64,000 bases of DNA from Phycisphaerae bacterium (lineage in GTDB: Bacteria > Planctomycetota > Phycisphaerae > UBA1845), in the NCBI GenBank assembly GCA_963666835.2, contig CAXXGO010000006.1, forward strand, positions 2,368,001-2,432,000, read 5' to 3'. A model generated the notes under the pieces. That model made no database searches, was not told the origin of the DNA, and was given only the letters and a program-made list of their open reading frames with translations. This document shows positions 10,690 through 19,333 of this stretch, one piece after another. How positions within the stretch are numbered: position 1 is the stretch's first letter; every line of letters starts with the position of its first letter. Both the position numbers and the translations under genes were made by a program.

Positions 10690-12105
10690 CTACTTGCCGG
10701 TCTTTTCGGTAATCCACTCTCTTACGCGGGCGAGTGCCGAATATGCAATAGTCTCCTCTATCTGACCGTATTCCGTCGGCGCGCCGGTTTTGCAGGTTTG
10801 AAGGAAGTGGTTCAGGTTTGGCAGGACCTCGACCGAGAACGCGGGGTTGCCGGCCTGTTCGAGGGCCTTGCGGATTGCCGCGGCGTTTCCTTCAGGCGGG
10901 ACCTGGGCGTCTTTCTCGCCGAAAAGTGCCAGGACCGGGCACCGTACCATCTGCAGAGTTTGAGCAGGGTCGTGCCGTATCGAGAAGACAAACCACGGTG
11001 ACAGGAACCTGCGCACCGCCGCGTCTATCCGCGGTGTCGGCAATCCCGGGTCTGCCTCCCGCAACATCGCGCGGAGCTTCTGTTCGGTTAACGCCGGGTC
11101 CTGCTCGCGCTCGATCGTGGCGAAGATCCGTCTCTGCAGAGATCGCTTGGCCGCGATGGCTTCCTCATTCTGCCCCAAGGCTCGTCCGGTCGAGGCCTCA
11201 TATTGCAGATTGTACTCCGTGCCGGGCAGACCCGGCGAAGCCAGCATGACGATGAACGCGACATCCGACGAAGTCGCCGCGGCCAGCGACGCGATTATCC
11301 CGCCTTCGCTGTGGCCTATCAGGCCGACCTGCTCGCCTGCTATCCGCGGGTGACCTTTCAAGAACCTTACCCCGGCCAGAGCGTCCTCGGCGTAGTCTGC
11401 GCTTGTCGCCTGCGTGCGATCCCCGGTCGACCCGCCGACCCCGCGATCATCCACGCGCAACACGGCGATCCCGTGCCTGGTGAGGCAATCCGCGAGCACG
11501 TGAAACGGCTTGTGCCTCAGGATCGTGGCGTCGCGATCCTGAGCCCCACCGCCGGAGATTAGCAGGACCGCCGCAAATGTTCCCTCGCCCCGCGGAAGCG
11601 TCAGCGTTCCCGCGAAAGTCGCAGGCGCCGCCGCGTTGCTGAAGGTCACTTCGGTTGTCTCGTAAGGGTAGGGCGGCGTCGGAGTCTGGGGCCGGCGGGG
11701 TGTCGGCACTTCGGCGACCCGTTCCAAGGCGACGTCATGCGCGCGGCCTCCTTTGGCCCACCGTCCTTGCAGCACCTTCCGCTCTGCGTCGAGTTTTCCG
11801 TTGAACGATCCCTGAACGGCGGGCACCGCAAAGCGTAGCCGATTGCCGTCGAAACCCACCTCGGTAATCGGATACTCCGTCTCTGATTGGTCCGGCAGGC
11901 ACACCGTTCCCGCTATGCTCCCGTCCTCCTTGCGGGAGAGCCGGATAAGGAACTGCAGCTCGATACCGGGGAACGACAGCGTTCCGTGCCACGGGCCGGC
12001 GATGTCGTCGGTTGCCGTGCCGGTGGGCGAGGCCAAGAACATCGCGGCAATTGCGATAAGCAGAACGAGGGCGACTGCCCCGGTCAGAACGCTCCTTCGT
12101 TTCAT
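10690..12105 (-). CDS. Secreted alpha/beta hydrolase (S9/S15-like)
   Basis: Signal peptide MKRRSVLTGAVALVLL; RRPQTPTPPYPY, VLRVDDRGVGGS, nucleophile GHSEGG, GEKDAQV, NLNHFLQ. Confidence 0.9.
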   Translation of the reverse strand: MKRRSVLTGAVALVLLIAIAAMFLASPTGTATDDIAGPWHGTLSFPGIELQFLIRLSRKEDGSIAGTVCLPDQSETEYPITEVGFDGNRLRFAVPAVQGSFNGKLDAERKVLQGRWAKGGRAHDVALERVAEVPTPRRPQTPTPPYPYETTEVTFSNAAAPATFAGTLTLPRGEGTFAAVLLISGGGAQDRDATILRHKPFHVLADCLTRHGIAVLRVDDRGVGGSTGDRTQATSADYAEDALAGVRFLKGHPRIAGEQVGLIGHSEGGIIASLAAATSSDVAFIVMLASPGLPGTEYNLQYEASTGRALGQNEEAIAAKRSLQRRIFATIEREQDPALTEQKLRAMLREADPGLPTPRIDAAVRRFLSPWFVFSIRHDPAQTLQMVRCPVLALFGEKDAQVPPEGNAAAIRKALEQAGNPAFSVEVLPNLNHFLQTCKTGAPTEYGQIEETIAYSALARVREWITEKTGK

Positions 12106-12240
12106 CCAGCATAACCTCCCGCCCGCTCCGGATTGCCATGTCTTGCGGGGCAAGAGTCCGGCGGATCTTCCGTCACTCCGCCGGTGCGCGACAAAGAGTG
12201 ATTGCACCGCGGATAGTACCGCCCAACCCGGGGGGCCTTG

Positions 12241-12685
12241 CCTCGTTGTCCTGCACATAATCCGACGCACCCAACAACTGCAGCCGTCCGACTTCCGATC
12301 TGGTTCTCTCAGCCCGAAGGGCTCGAATAAAGTAGCCGGGGGCAAGTCCGCCATCGGCGGATGCCGCCCCCGGACCCGCACCCCGCAACCATCTGACCCC
12401 GGTAGGTCAAACAGCCCCGCCTAATGTGCCACGCGACGCCGCCATGGTGTTCGATGCATTCTGCATGAGGCCGGGTAGCCGAAGCAGTAGCGCGGTTTGT
12501 CGATGTCGGCTCTTCGACGCCTACCGGGGTCAGTTGGGTTCCTGGAACGCCACCCGGGGGCGGCGGCCGCTCCACGGCCTTGCCCCCGGCTACTATCTTA
12601 CTGCCTTTCAGGCTGGGAAAGGAGCCGCCACGCAGTCAGACGAACACGATCGGTTTGCGCGGCAAGAATGTGTAGAACAACGAGG
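12241..12685. mobile_element. MITE copy 2 (445 bp), same family and orientation as copy 1
   Basis: TIRs CCTCGTTGTCCTGCACAT and ATGTGTAGAACAACGAGG; degenerate flanks GGGCCTTG / GGTCCTTC (6/8); shares the internal blocks CAGCCCGAAGGGCTC, GGGGGCAAGTCCGCCATCGGCGGA and CACCCGGGGGCGGCGGCCGCT with copy 1. Confidence 0.75.
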
Positions 12686-12890
12686 GGTCCTTCCGAGGAG
12701 GCCGTCGCGTTTCTGCGTCCCGCCATGACGAAGGCCAAGCCGGCTTCAGCCCGCCATGCCTCCGCGCCGATGTGAAATGAGGCGAAAGATAGAGTGAAGC
12801 GCCGCAAAACGGCGAAAATGTGATAAGATGAGACTGTCGCGGCGGTTTTTGGGGCCGCGATGGTTGGTAGGGGTCCTGCGGTGCTGAGGA

Positions 12891-13115
12891 GTGAATAAGC
12901 CGATGTCCAGAGGAAGTGATCCGGGAAAAGACCGCTTCGACCGTAAGCGAGAGGCGGATAAGATGCACAAGAGCCAACTGCCGGGGGCCGACGACGAGCC
13001 GCTGCCTCCGCCGGTTGAGACGATCCACTCCGACGCGAAGCCGAAGCGAAACGAGCCGTGCCCGTGCGGCAGCGGTAAGAAATTCAAGCAGTGCTGCGGA
13101 AAGCCGAGTAGCTGA
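12891..13115 (+). CDS. SEC-C motif (Zn-binding) small protein
   Basis: C-terminal [20 protein letters not shown]. Confidence 0.85.
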   Translation: MNKPMSRGSDPGKDRFDRKREADKMHKSQLPGADDEPLPPPVETIHSDAKPKRNEPCPCGSGKKFKQCCGKPSS

Positions 13116-13163
13116 TCCGCAGCCGCGCGTGTACTTGCTTTGGCTCTTCGAGGGGAAGAAGCA

Positions 13164-13934
13164 ATGTGTCGGGCGATTCTCTTTCTGTGCGCTGCGATAG
13201 CAGCTTCAAGCGGGGCAACGTCCGCGCGAGCCGCCCCGGTTGCTCCGTTCTCCATCCCCATCGATGAGGCCACCTCGTCCGTTACGGTTGAGGTGTGCAT
13301 CCCCGGCGGCTGCGACTCCGACGTCTCCAGCGTCAGCGGCTTCACCACGGTTGCGTTGGATGACGGAGTGGCGGCCGCTCTGATGGAGTTGCACGACTTC
13401 GACTACGCCCTGACGGACACGGTCAACATCAACATAAGCGTCTTTCTCGGCGGCTTGACCGCGGCGGGGGAGGACCTTCGCCTGTTCTTTGCTACTCCCG
13501 GCGAGCCGGTCGGACCGGCGGACATTGTGGCCACGGACTTCGAGTTCCTCGGAGTTCCAACGAACTCGGAAGGCTCCGTGGCCTACAACGCGAGCGGCTC
13601 GGTCTGTTTGGCTCTGCAGGCGGCGAGCCAGCCTTGTTCCGACACTCGCGACCTGAGCGAACAGGAAACCGGCTCCGGCGACATCAGCGGCACTCTGGTG
13701 ATTGCCGGCGGTGTCGCCACCTTGACGGTCACCCCCGACATCGAAGTCCCCTTAGACCCCGACACCCCGGACCTTGGCACCCTGCACGTCACCGGCACCA
13801 TAACCGGCAGCGCCCCAATCCCCCAACCCGTCCCGACAACCTCCCAATGGGGCCTGACCATTCTCGCTCTGACGATTCTGGCTGCGGGGACGGCGCTTAT
13901 TCGAAAAGGGCGAGATCGCGAAGCTCGGTTCTGA
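13164..13934 (+). CDS. Secreted protein with IPTL-CTERM sorting signal
   Basis: Signal peptide, acidic beta-rich body, C-terminal VPTTSQWGL + TM helix + basic tail RKGRDREARF. Confidence 0.85.
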   Translation: MCRAILFLCAAIAASSGATSARAAPVAPFSIPIDEATSSVTVEVCIPGGCDSDVSSVSGFTTVALDDGVAAALMELHDFDYALTDTVNINISVFLGGLTAAGEDLRLFFATPGEPVGPADIVATDFEFLGVPTNSEGSVAYNASGSVCLALQAASQPCSDTRDLSEQETGSGDISGTLVIAGGVATLTVTPDIEVPLDPDTPDLGTLHVTGTITGSAPIPQPVPTTSQWGLTILALTILAAGTALIRKGRDREARF

Positions 13935-14009
13935 CCTGGTTGGTTCGGGGCGAGGTAGCCGACGGGATCATGTCTGCCAAGTTCGTACAGTGTTTGGGAA
14001 GACAGTACG

Positions 14010-15131
14010 TCACCCCGCCACGGCGGAGTCGGTGATGTTCTGGTTGGCGGGGGCGCCGGTGAGGATGTTCTGGTAGAGCTGGGTGTGTTGTTCGGTGTAG
14101 CGTTGGATGCCGAACACGTTGAAGGCTTGGGCGCGGGCGGTTTCGGTCAGGTTGCGGTACGTATCGCGCTGAAGCAGCATGCGGGCGACCGGCAGAGCCG
14201 GGGTCTCGTGCGGCTTGCGTTTGAAGAGCAGGCCGTTGAGGCGGTTCGTGAGCAGCTCGGCGTTGGCGTAGGTGGCGGTGGCGATGACGGCGGCTCCGGC
14301 GGCCATGGCCCAGGCGATGCCGGTTGTGGAGGCGTCGCTATTGGGGAGGCTCACAAAGGCGTCGGCGACGGCCACGAGCTGCTCAAACCGATAGCGGTCG
14401 CCGGGGGCGACTGCCACCCGCGTACCCAACCCGGCCGCGTCGAGCCGGAGGATGCGTTGCTGTTCCCGTCCTTCCCCGGGAACGATCAGCCGGACCGGGC
14501 CCTGCAGGTGGTTGGCCAGCTCTACCGCCCAGTAGGCCTCGAGGGGCTCGCCGGCCGCGGTAACGGGCTCCGGAATGATCACGGCGTAGTCGTCGCGGTT
14601 TAGGCCGAGCTCATCGCGCAGGGTGCCTTGGCGAATCCGGCTGATGGTCGCGAAGTCGACCCCGGGCCGGATCACTGCGCAGACTTCCGGGGCGATACCG
14701 CCTTCGATCAGATGGCGGCGGACCGTTTGGGAGCTGCAGGATACCGCGAAGCCGGTCGGTCGCGCGAGCGAGCGGACCAGCTTGATCTGGTCCGGGCTCA
14801 ATTGCGGGTCGAATAACTCGATTATCAACCCGGTAGCGGCGGCGGACCGGGCGGCCAGCGCCGCGGAAAGCCCCCAGGCGTGGACCAGATCGGCTTTGAA
14901 GCGGGTGAGCATCCGCTCGACCAGCGGGGCGGCGGCCGGGCCGAACCCGGCGGGGGCGTAGCATCTCGTTACCGGTTGGCCCAGAGCCTGCAGGTGCGGA
15001 GTGGTGGGCGGCGCGATCGTGGCCACGCGGCAAGGGTGACCTTTGGGGGGCAGCTTGCTTAGCAACTGCCCGGCGCCGACGCGCTGCTCCCAGCCGAACG
15101 AGTCGTCGAATAGATGGCAGATGCGCGGCAC
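14010..15131 (-). CDS. Glycosyltransferase family 4-like protein (degenerate EX7E motif)
   Basis: GTG start overlapping the upstream stop; ADLVHAWG, IRPGVDF, LRDELGL, AMAAGAAVIAT, NGLLF. Confidence 0.75.
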   Translation of the reverse strand: MPRICHLFDDSFGWEQRVGAGQLLSKLPPKGHPCRVATIAPPTTPHLQALGQPVTRCYAPAGFGPAAAPLVERMLTRFKADLVHAWGLSAALAARSAAATGLIIELFDPQLSPDQIKLVRSLARPTGFAVSCSSQTVRRHLIEGGIAPEVCAVIRPGVDFATISRIRQGTLRDELGLNRDDYAVIIPEPVTAAGEPLEAYWAVELANHLQGPVRLIVPGEGREQQRILRLDAAGLGTRVAVAPGDRYRFEQLVAVADAFVSLPNSDASTTGIAWAMAAGAAVIATATYANAELLTNRLNGLLFKRKPHETPALPVARMLLQRDTYRNLTETARAQAFNVFGIQRYTEQHTQLYQNILTGAPANQNITDSAVAG

Positions 15132-15907
15132 TACTCTTTCTCGAAATCGCCGAGCCGGCGTTTGTAGAAAGGCTTGGCGATTTCCACGGCCAGTTCCTCG
15201 GCGAGTTGCTTGGAGATGGCGTCTTTGGTCTTGGCGAGGGCCACTTCGCTGCCGGTCATGCTGACGGTGACCGCCTGTCCGGACGGGCTGGTGGGCCAGA
15301 CCCGCACGCGCGAACGCCGCTCCTTCTCGAGGACGTTGATGATCTTGACGGTGACGGAGTAGTACGCGGCGTCGAGGGTATTGTCGAATTGCGGGTTCGC
15401 TGCGAAGTCCTGGACCTCGATCCACATGACTTGCTCGGCCCCGGCGAGTTCGCCGATTTCGCGGACCCCGCGCTTTTCGAAGTTCGCCTCCGTTTGCCGG
15501 ATTTGCTGCAAGCGCTGGCGGGGGATGATCTTCTTGGCGGCGCCTTTCTTGATCAGCTCTTGGCCGAGCTCGTCGACCAGGTAATGCCTCGCCGGGGGCC
15601 AATCCACGCGGGCGGCGTAGTCGTCCACCAGGATTAGAATCGGCTCCTCGGTCAGCGTGAACTCGGCTTCGACCAGCTTGCCCCGCCCGAACCCGAGCAT
15701 GTAGGCCAGCTCACCCTGGGCGTACCCGCACCCGCCCCCCAGTAGCAGGACCGATGCGGCTGCGGTTAGCAGGCGAAGCAGTGGGGCAGGCTGGAAGCCT
15801 GCGTTACGATCGGCGGGCTGGGGGCGTGCTTCGCGCACGCTGGCAGGCTGGAAGCCTGCGTTACGATCGGCGGGCTGGAAGCCTGCGTTGTGGGGGGCAG
15901 AGTCCAT
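15131..15907 (-). CDS. Hypothetical lipoprotein (paralog of 15927-16565); N-terminus encoded by REP-like repeats
   Basis: Hydrophobic stretch + LLGGGC lipobox-like motif; NAGFQPA x3 before it. Confidence 0.7.
   Translation of the reverse strand: MDSAPHNAGFQPADRNAGFQPASVREARPQPADRNAGFQPAPLLRLLTAAASVLLLGGGCGYAQGELAYMLGFGRGKLVEAEFTLTEEPILILVDDYAARVDWPPARHYLVDELGQELIKKGAAKKIIPRQRLQQIRQTEANFEKRGVREIGELAGAEQVMWIEVQDFAANPQFDNTLDAAYYSVTVKIINVLEKERRSRVRVWPTSPSGQAVTVSMTGSEVALAKTKDAISKQLAEELAVEIAKPFYKRRLGDFEKE
15781..15890. repeat. Three copies of the REP-like hairpin GGCRGGCTGGAAGCCTGC
   Basis: Copies at about 15785, 15842 and 15869; the first is preceded by GTGG; GCAGGC/GCCTGC stem. Confidence 0.7.
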
Positions 15908-15926
15908 GCTTGTACGGCTCGCGGGA

Positions 15927-16565
15927 TTAGAGATCGACGGTGTGTTCATAGAACTTCCTGGCGACTTGCTCGGCGAACATGCGGTAGATCGTCTCCCGGA
16001 CGAGCGGAGCGTTCTTGGCGCTGAACAGAATCGGAGCACCCTCGGGATATTCACAGTCGATCGGAGCCAGCTCGAACCGGCGGTCCATGTCGGGATCGGC
16101 GCGCATGTCGTGCACGGACACCGACGCGTTGATCTTGGCGCGGAGGAACTGGGGCTCCTGATAGTCGCGGATCTGGAAGTCCAGAACTTCCAGGAATACG
16201 ACATAATCAGCGTCGAAGTGCTTGCCCACCGCTCTCGGATCGATTTGTGCGTCGAGATCCTTCTGGATGTAGTCCTCGACGTCGCGGGAGTCGGCTAAAT
16301 CGACACTCAACTGACGCTGGGCCATCTCCTGGGCCAGCTTGTCGCCGACGTAAGCCCCCAGCTCGAACCGGGCGTGCGGGTAGTCGAACAGAGTAGCGGT
16401 TTCGGTCCACACTAGAATCGCCACCTTGCTATTGGGCAGCTTGTCAAACTCCGGGGCGATCTTCCTCTTGTGTTCCCCGACGAAAACCAGGGGGGTCAGC
16501 AGATTGCACGCTCCCAGAAGCGGTAGCAGGGTCAACGCCGTCCATCGAAGCCGTCTTGCATGCAT
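15927..16565 (-). CDS. Hypothetical lipoprotein
   Basis: MHARRLRWTALTLLPLLGAC lipobox; coding-like composition; similar to the downstream gene. Confidence 0.75.
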   Translation of the reverse strand: MHARRLRWTALTLLPLLGACNLLTPLVFVGEHKRKIAPEFDKLPNSKVAILVWTETATLFDYPHARFELGAYVGDKLAQEMAQRQLSVDLADSRDVEDYIQKDLDAQIDPRAVGKHFDADYVVFLEVLDFQIRDYQEPQFLRAKINASVSVHDMRADPDMDRRFELAPIDCEYPEGAPILFSAKNAPLVRETIYRMFAEQVARKFYEHTVDL

Positions 16566-16614
16566 CGGGATCGTCTCCAGATTCCGTCGGTTTACTCGCC
16601 GCCTGTGACGTAAA

Positions 16615-17220
16615 TCACCGTCCGATCGGCAGCGTGCCCGACAAGATACCCGCCAACACCTTGTAGACCCAGCCCCCCAGCAGGATCAACACCGCTATCA
16701 CGGCCAGTTTGGCCGGGGAGGTCCGATGCCAGTTTACCATCCAGACCTTTCCCGTCACGACCACCGATAGCGAGACGGGGACGGTGGCAATGACCGCCAG
16801 GGCGAAGATCAGCCCCGCGGGCTGGGCTTTGAAGGCGTCGATGAACTGCCCGCGGACCACGTGCGCGAATGCCGTCGTCATCCCGCAGGTAGGGCACGGA
16901 TACCCCAGCATTACGACCATGGTACAGTGCGGAAGCCCCATTTGCCGGTGCGTTCCGAGTCCGGACGGATCCGGGTGGAGCCATGCTGCCGTAACCACAA
17001 GAGCGACACAGCCGGCGGCAACGGCCAGAGCCACGAAACGGGCAACAAGAGGTCTCTGCGCGGTTACGCGGTAAACGAGGGCTCCTCGTGGATGGGTGGC
17101 GAGGCCAGGCTTGGGAGACCGTCTGGCGATTCGCGCAATATCTGCGCTATCGGGACGGCTACTCTTGGTGTCATCTCTATGCACTATAGTGAGGGTAGAT
17201 GGCGCCCGTGGGGTGGTCAA
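16615..17220 (-). CDS. DUF2752-domain membrane protein
   Basis: GLGTHRQMGLPHC...GYPCPTCGMTTAF motif plus TM helices; start uncertain. Confidence 0.8.
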   Translation of the reverse strand: MTTPRAPSTLTIVHRDDTKSSRPDSADIARIARRSPKPGLATHPRGALVYRVTAQRPLVARFVALAVAAGCVALVVTAAWLHPDPSGLGTHRQMGLPHCTMVVMLGYPCPTCGMTTAFAHVVRGQFIDAFKAQPAGLIFALAVIATVPVSLSVVVTGKVWMVNWHRTSPAKLAVIAVLILLGGWVYKVLAGILSGTLPIGR

Positions 17221-17443
17221 GCGGAATGTGCCGGGGTGCGGCCGGCAGTCCGCGGCGGATTCCCGTGTGTGGGGCGGCTCACCGGGAGGGCGCAGGTGAA
17301 TTCTTACAAGATTCGATGCCTGGCTGGCGATTGTTGGAGTAGTCTGGCACTATCGACGGTGATCGAGGTGTCGATATTGACGCTATGCCGCGGTCTCCCG
17401 CAGGTGGCGGCGGATGGCGTGGTGTCGTTTTGGAGACGAACTG

Positions 17444-18979
17444 ATGGTGGTGAAGCGTCCCGATCTGATGTGCTCTACGGCATTGTTGCTCGTGCTTTCT
17501 GCGGGCGGGGCTTGGGCCGGCGATCCGCTGGATCCGGCGCAGGGGCGGTTCAGCGATGAGTGGGCAGAAGTCTACATGAGCGGTGCGAAGGTGGGGTATT
17601 CGCACGCGACGATGGCCCGCGAGGCAGATCACATTCATACCGAGGTATCGGTGATGATGGAGCTGGCACGCGGTGCTCAGAGCATCAAGCTCCAGACGTT
17701 CGAAAGCACCACAGAGGAGATCGGCGGGGCTCCGCTGAGTTTCGAGTCGCTCCTCGACATGTCCGTGATGCAGGCCGCCACCCGAGGCAAAATAGGTGAC
17801 GGCAAAGTCACGATCGTGCAGTCGCAGTTCGGGATGGACCAGACTCAGGTCTTTCCGTTCCCCGAGGGGGCGCTTATGACCTGGGGAGCCTATCGCGAGA
17901 ACCTGATCCGCGGATTCGAGTCCGGGACCGAGTATACGACGAAGGTGTACGCTCCTCAGCTTAGGCTGGATGACGCGGTCACTGCGAGGACCGTCATCGG
18001 AGACGTTGAGACTTACGAGCATCGTGGGAAGAAGCTCAGCGGTCGAAGAGCCACCGTGACCATGAAGACGCCGGCGACGGAGATCGAGATGGTCTCCTGG
18101 CTCGATGAAGACGGCCGGCCGCTGAAGGCCGTCGTTCCGGCTCCCGGAATCGGAGATCTGGAGATCGTGGCGACGGATCAGGCCAAGGCGTTGGCGGATT
18201 TCATCCCGCCGGAGTTCTTCGTAACGACTTTCGTTCAGGCGAACCGCGGATTCGACCCGAAGACTGCCCGGCGGGTGAAGTACCGGATCAAGGCGACGAG
18301 TGACGCGATCAGTTTGGGCGAACTGCCCACATTGGACACGCAGAAGGTCTCCACTGACGGGGCGAGGGCCATCGAGGTCGTGGTCGCCCGGCAGCCGCAC
18401 GTAGCGGATGGCAAGGTGGCAGCAAAGGACGATCCCGCATTTCGGAAGGAGTACCTCGGTTCCAACCTGATGATCAACATCGAGGATGAAGAGTTGATCA
18501 AGCTGGCCCGCCGTGCCGGTGGAGGGGAGTCGGAGCCGTTCGCCTTGGCCGACAAGCTGCGGCGTTTCGTTACGGACTACGTGACCGATAAGAATCTGAC
18601 TGTGGCCTTCGCTACCGCGAGCGAGGTCTGCCGCACCCGGGAGGGCGATTGCAGCGAGCACGGGGTGCTGCTAGCGGCCTTGGGCCGTCTAAACGGCTTG
18701 CCGTCGCGCGTGGTTGTCGGTCTGGCGTATTTGCCGGAATTCGGCTATCAACGGGACATTCTCGGTTATCACATGTGGACGCAGTTCTACATCGATGGGC
18801 GTTGGATCGACTTCGATGCGGCCCTCCGCGAATCTGAGTGCAGCCCCACGAGGATCGCTTTCGCGGTTTCCTCGCTCAAAAACGCCGGTCTGGCGGATCT
18901 GAGCCTGCCCTTGCTCGGGAAGCTCGGAGGAATCACCGTCGACGTCGTGGAGGTTTCAAAAACCGGCGAGCCACAGTAG
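17444..18979 (+). CDS. Secreted transglutaminase-like domain protein
   Basis: Signal peptide; catalytic triad GDCSEH / YHMWTQFY / WIDFDA. Confidence 0.88.
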   Translation: MVVKRPDLMCSTALLLVLSAGGAWAGDPLDPAQGRFSDEWAEVYMSGAKVGYSHATMAREADHIHTEVSVMMELARGAQSIKLQTFESTTEEIGGAPLSFESLLDMSVMQAATRGKIGDGKVTIVQSQFGMDQTQVFPFPEGALMTWGAYRENLIRGFESGTEYTTKVYAPQLRLDDAVTARTVIGDVETYEHRGKKLSGRRATVTMKTPATEIEMVSWLDEDGRPLKAVVPAPGIGDLEIVATDQAKALADFIPPEFFVTTFVQANRGFDPKTARRVKYRIKATSDAISLGELPTLDTQKVSTDGARAIEVVVARQPHVADGKVAAKDDPAFRKEYLGSNLMINIEDEELIKLARRAGGGESEPFALADKLRRFVTDYVTDKNLTVAFATASEVCRTREGDCSEHGVLLAALGRLNGLPSRVVVGLAYLPEFGYQRDILGYHMWTQFYIDGRWIDFDAALRESECSPTRIAFAVSSLKNAGLADLSLPLLGKLGGITVDVVEVSKTGEPQ

Positions 18980-19333
18980 TGCGCGAGGGCAGCCGCGGTA
19001 AGGCTTGGTGTGGTCCGGCAGCCGAATGCCGGATGTCCATATCGGAGGTGATCTCGGGGGACGGTTCTGCAGGCCGGCGCGGCCGTTTTTGGCAGCCCTT
19101 GGAATAGGCCCCTGCGGTCGGATCGTCGGTTCGCAGGCTTTGCATCCAACCTTGACGTGGCTACAATGCCGCCTGAGTTGCGTGGGAATCATCGTGGGGG
19201 TTCCCTGTACGGTCAGCCGGCCGACCCTTCGCCGGGGTCGGGTGCCTGCGGCTTTCGGGTGTTTCGGAGCATCGAGCCGGGCGGCGGGTTATTCAATGTT
19301 TGGGGGGGTGGATAACCAGCCTCGGAGTTAAAC

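Noticed and set aside
12106..12381. N-terminal 92 aa of the 563-aa ORF 10690-12381
   Set aside because: Reads through MITE copy 2 and the promoter region; the signal peptide starts at 12105.
10107..12693. Composite transposon carrying the hydrolase
   Set aside because: The outer flanks (GCAAGACG vs GGTCCTTC) do not match and each MITE has its own duplication.
17279..18661. Long antisense ORFs (also 21429-22637, 26296-27357, 35352-36734, 43989-45155, 52373-53566)
   Set aside because: Shadow frames of well-supported genes in high-GC DNA.
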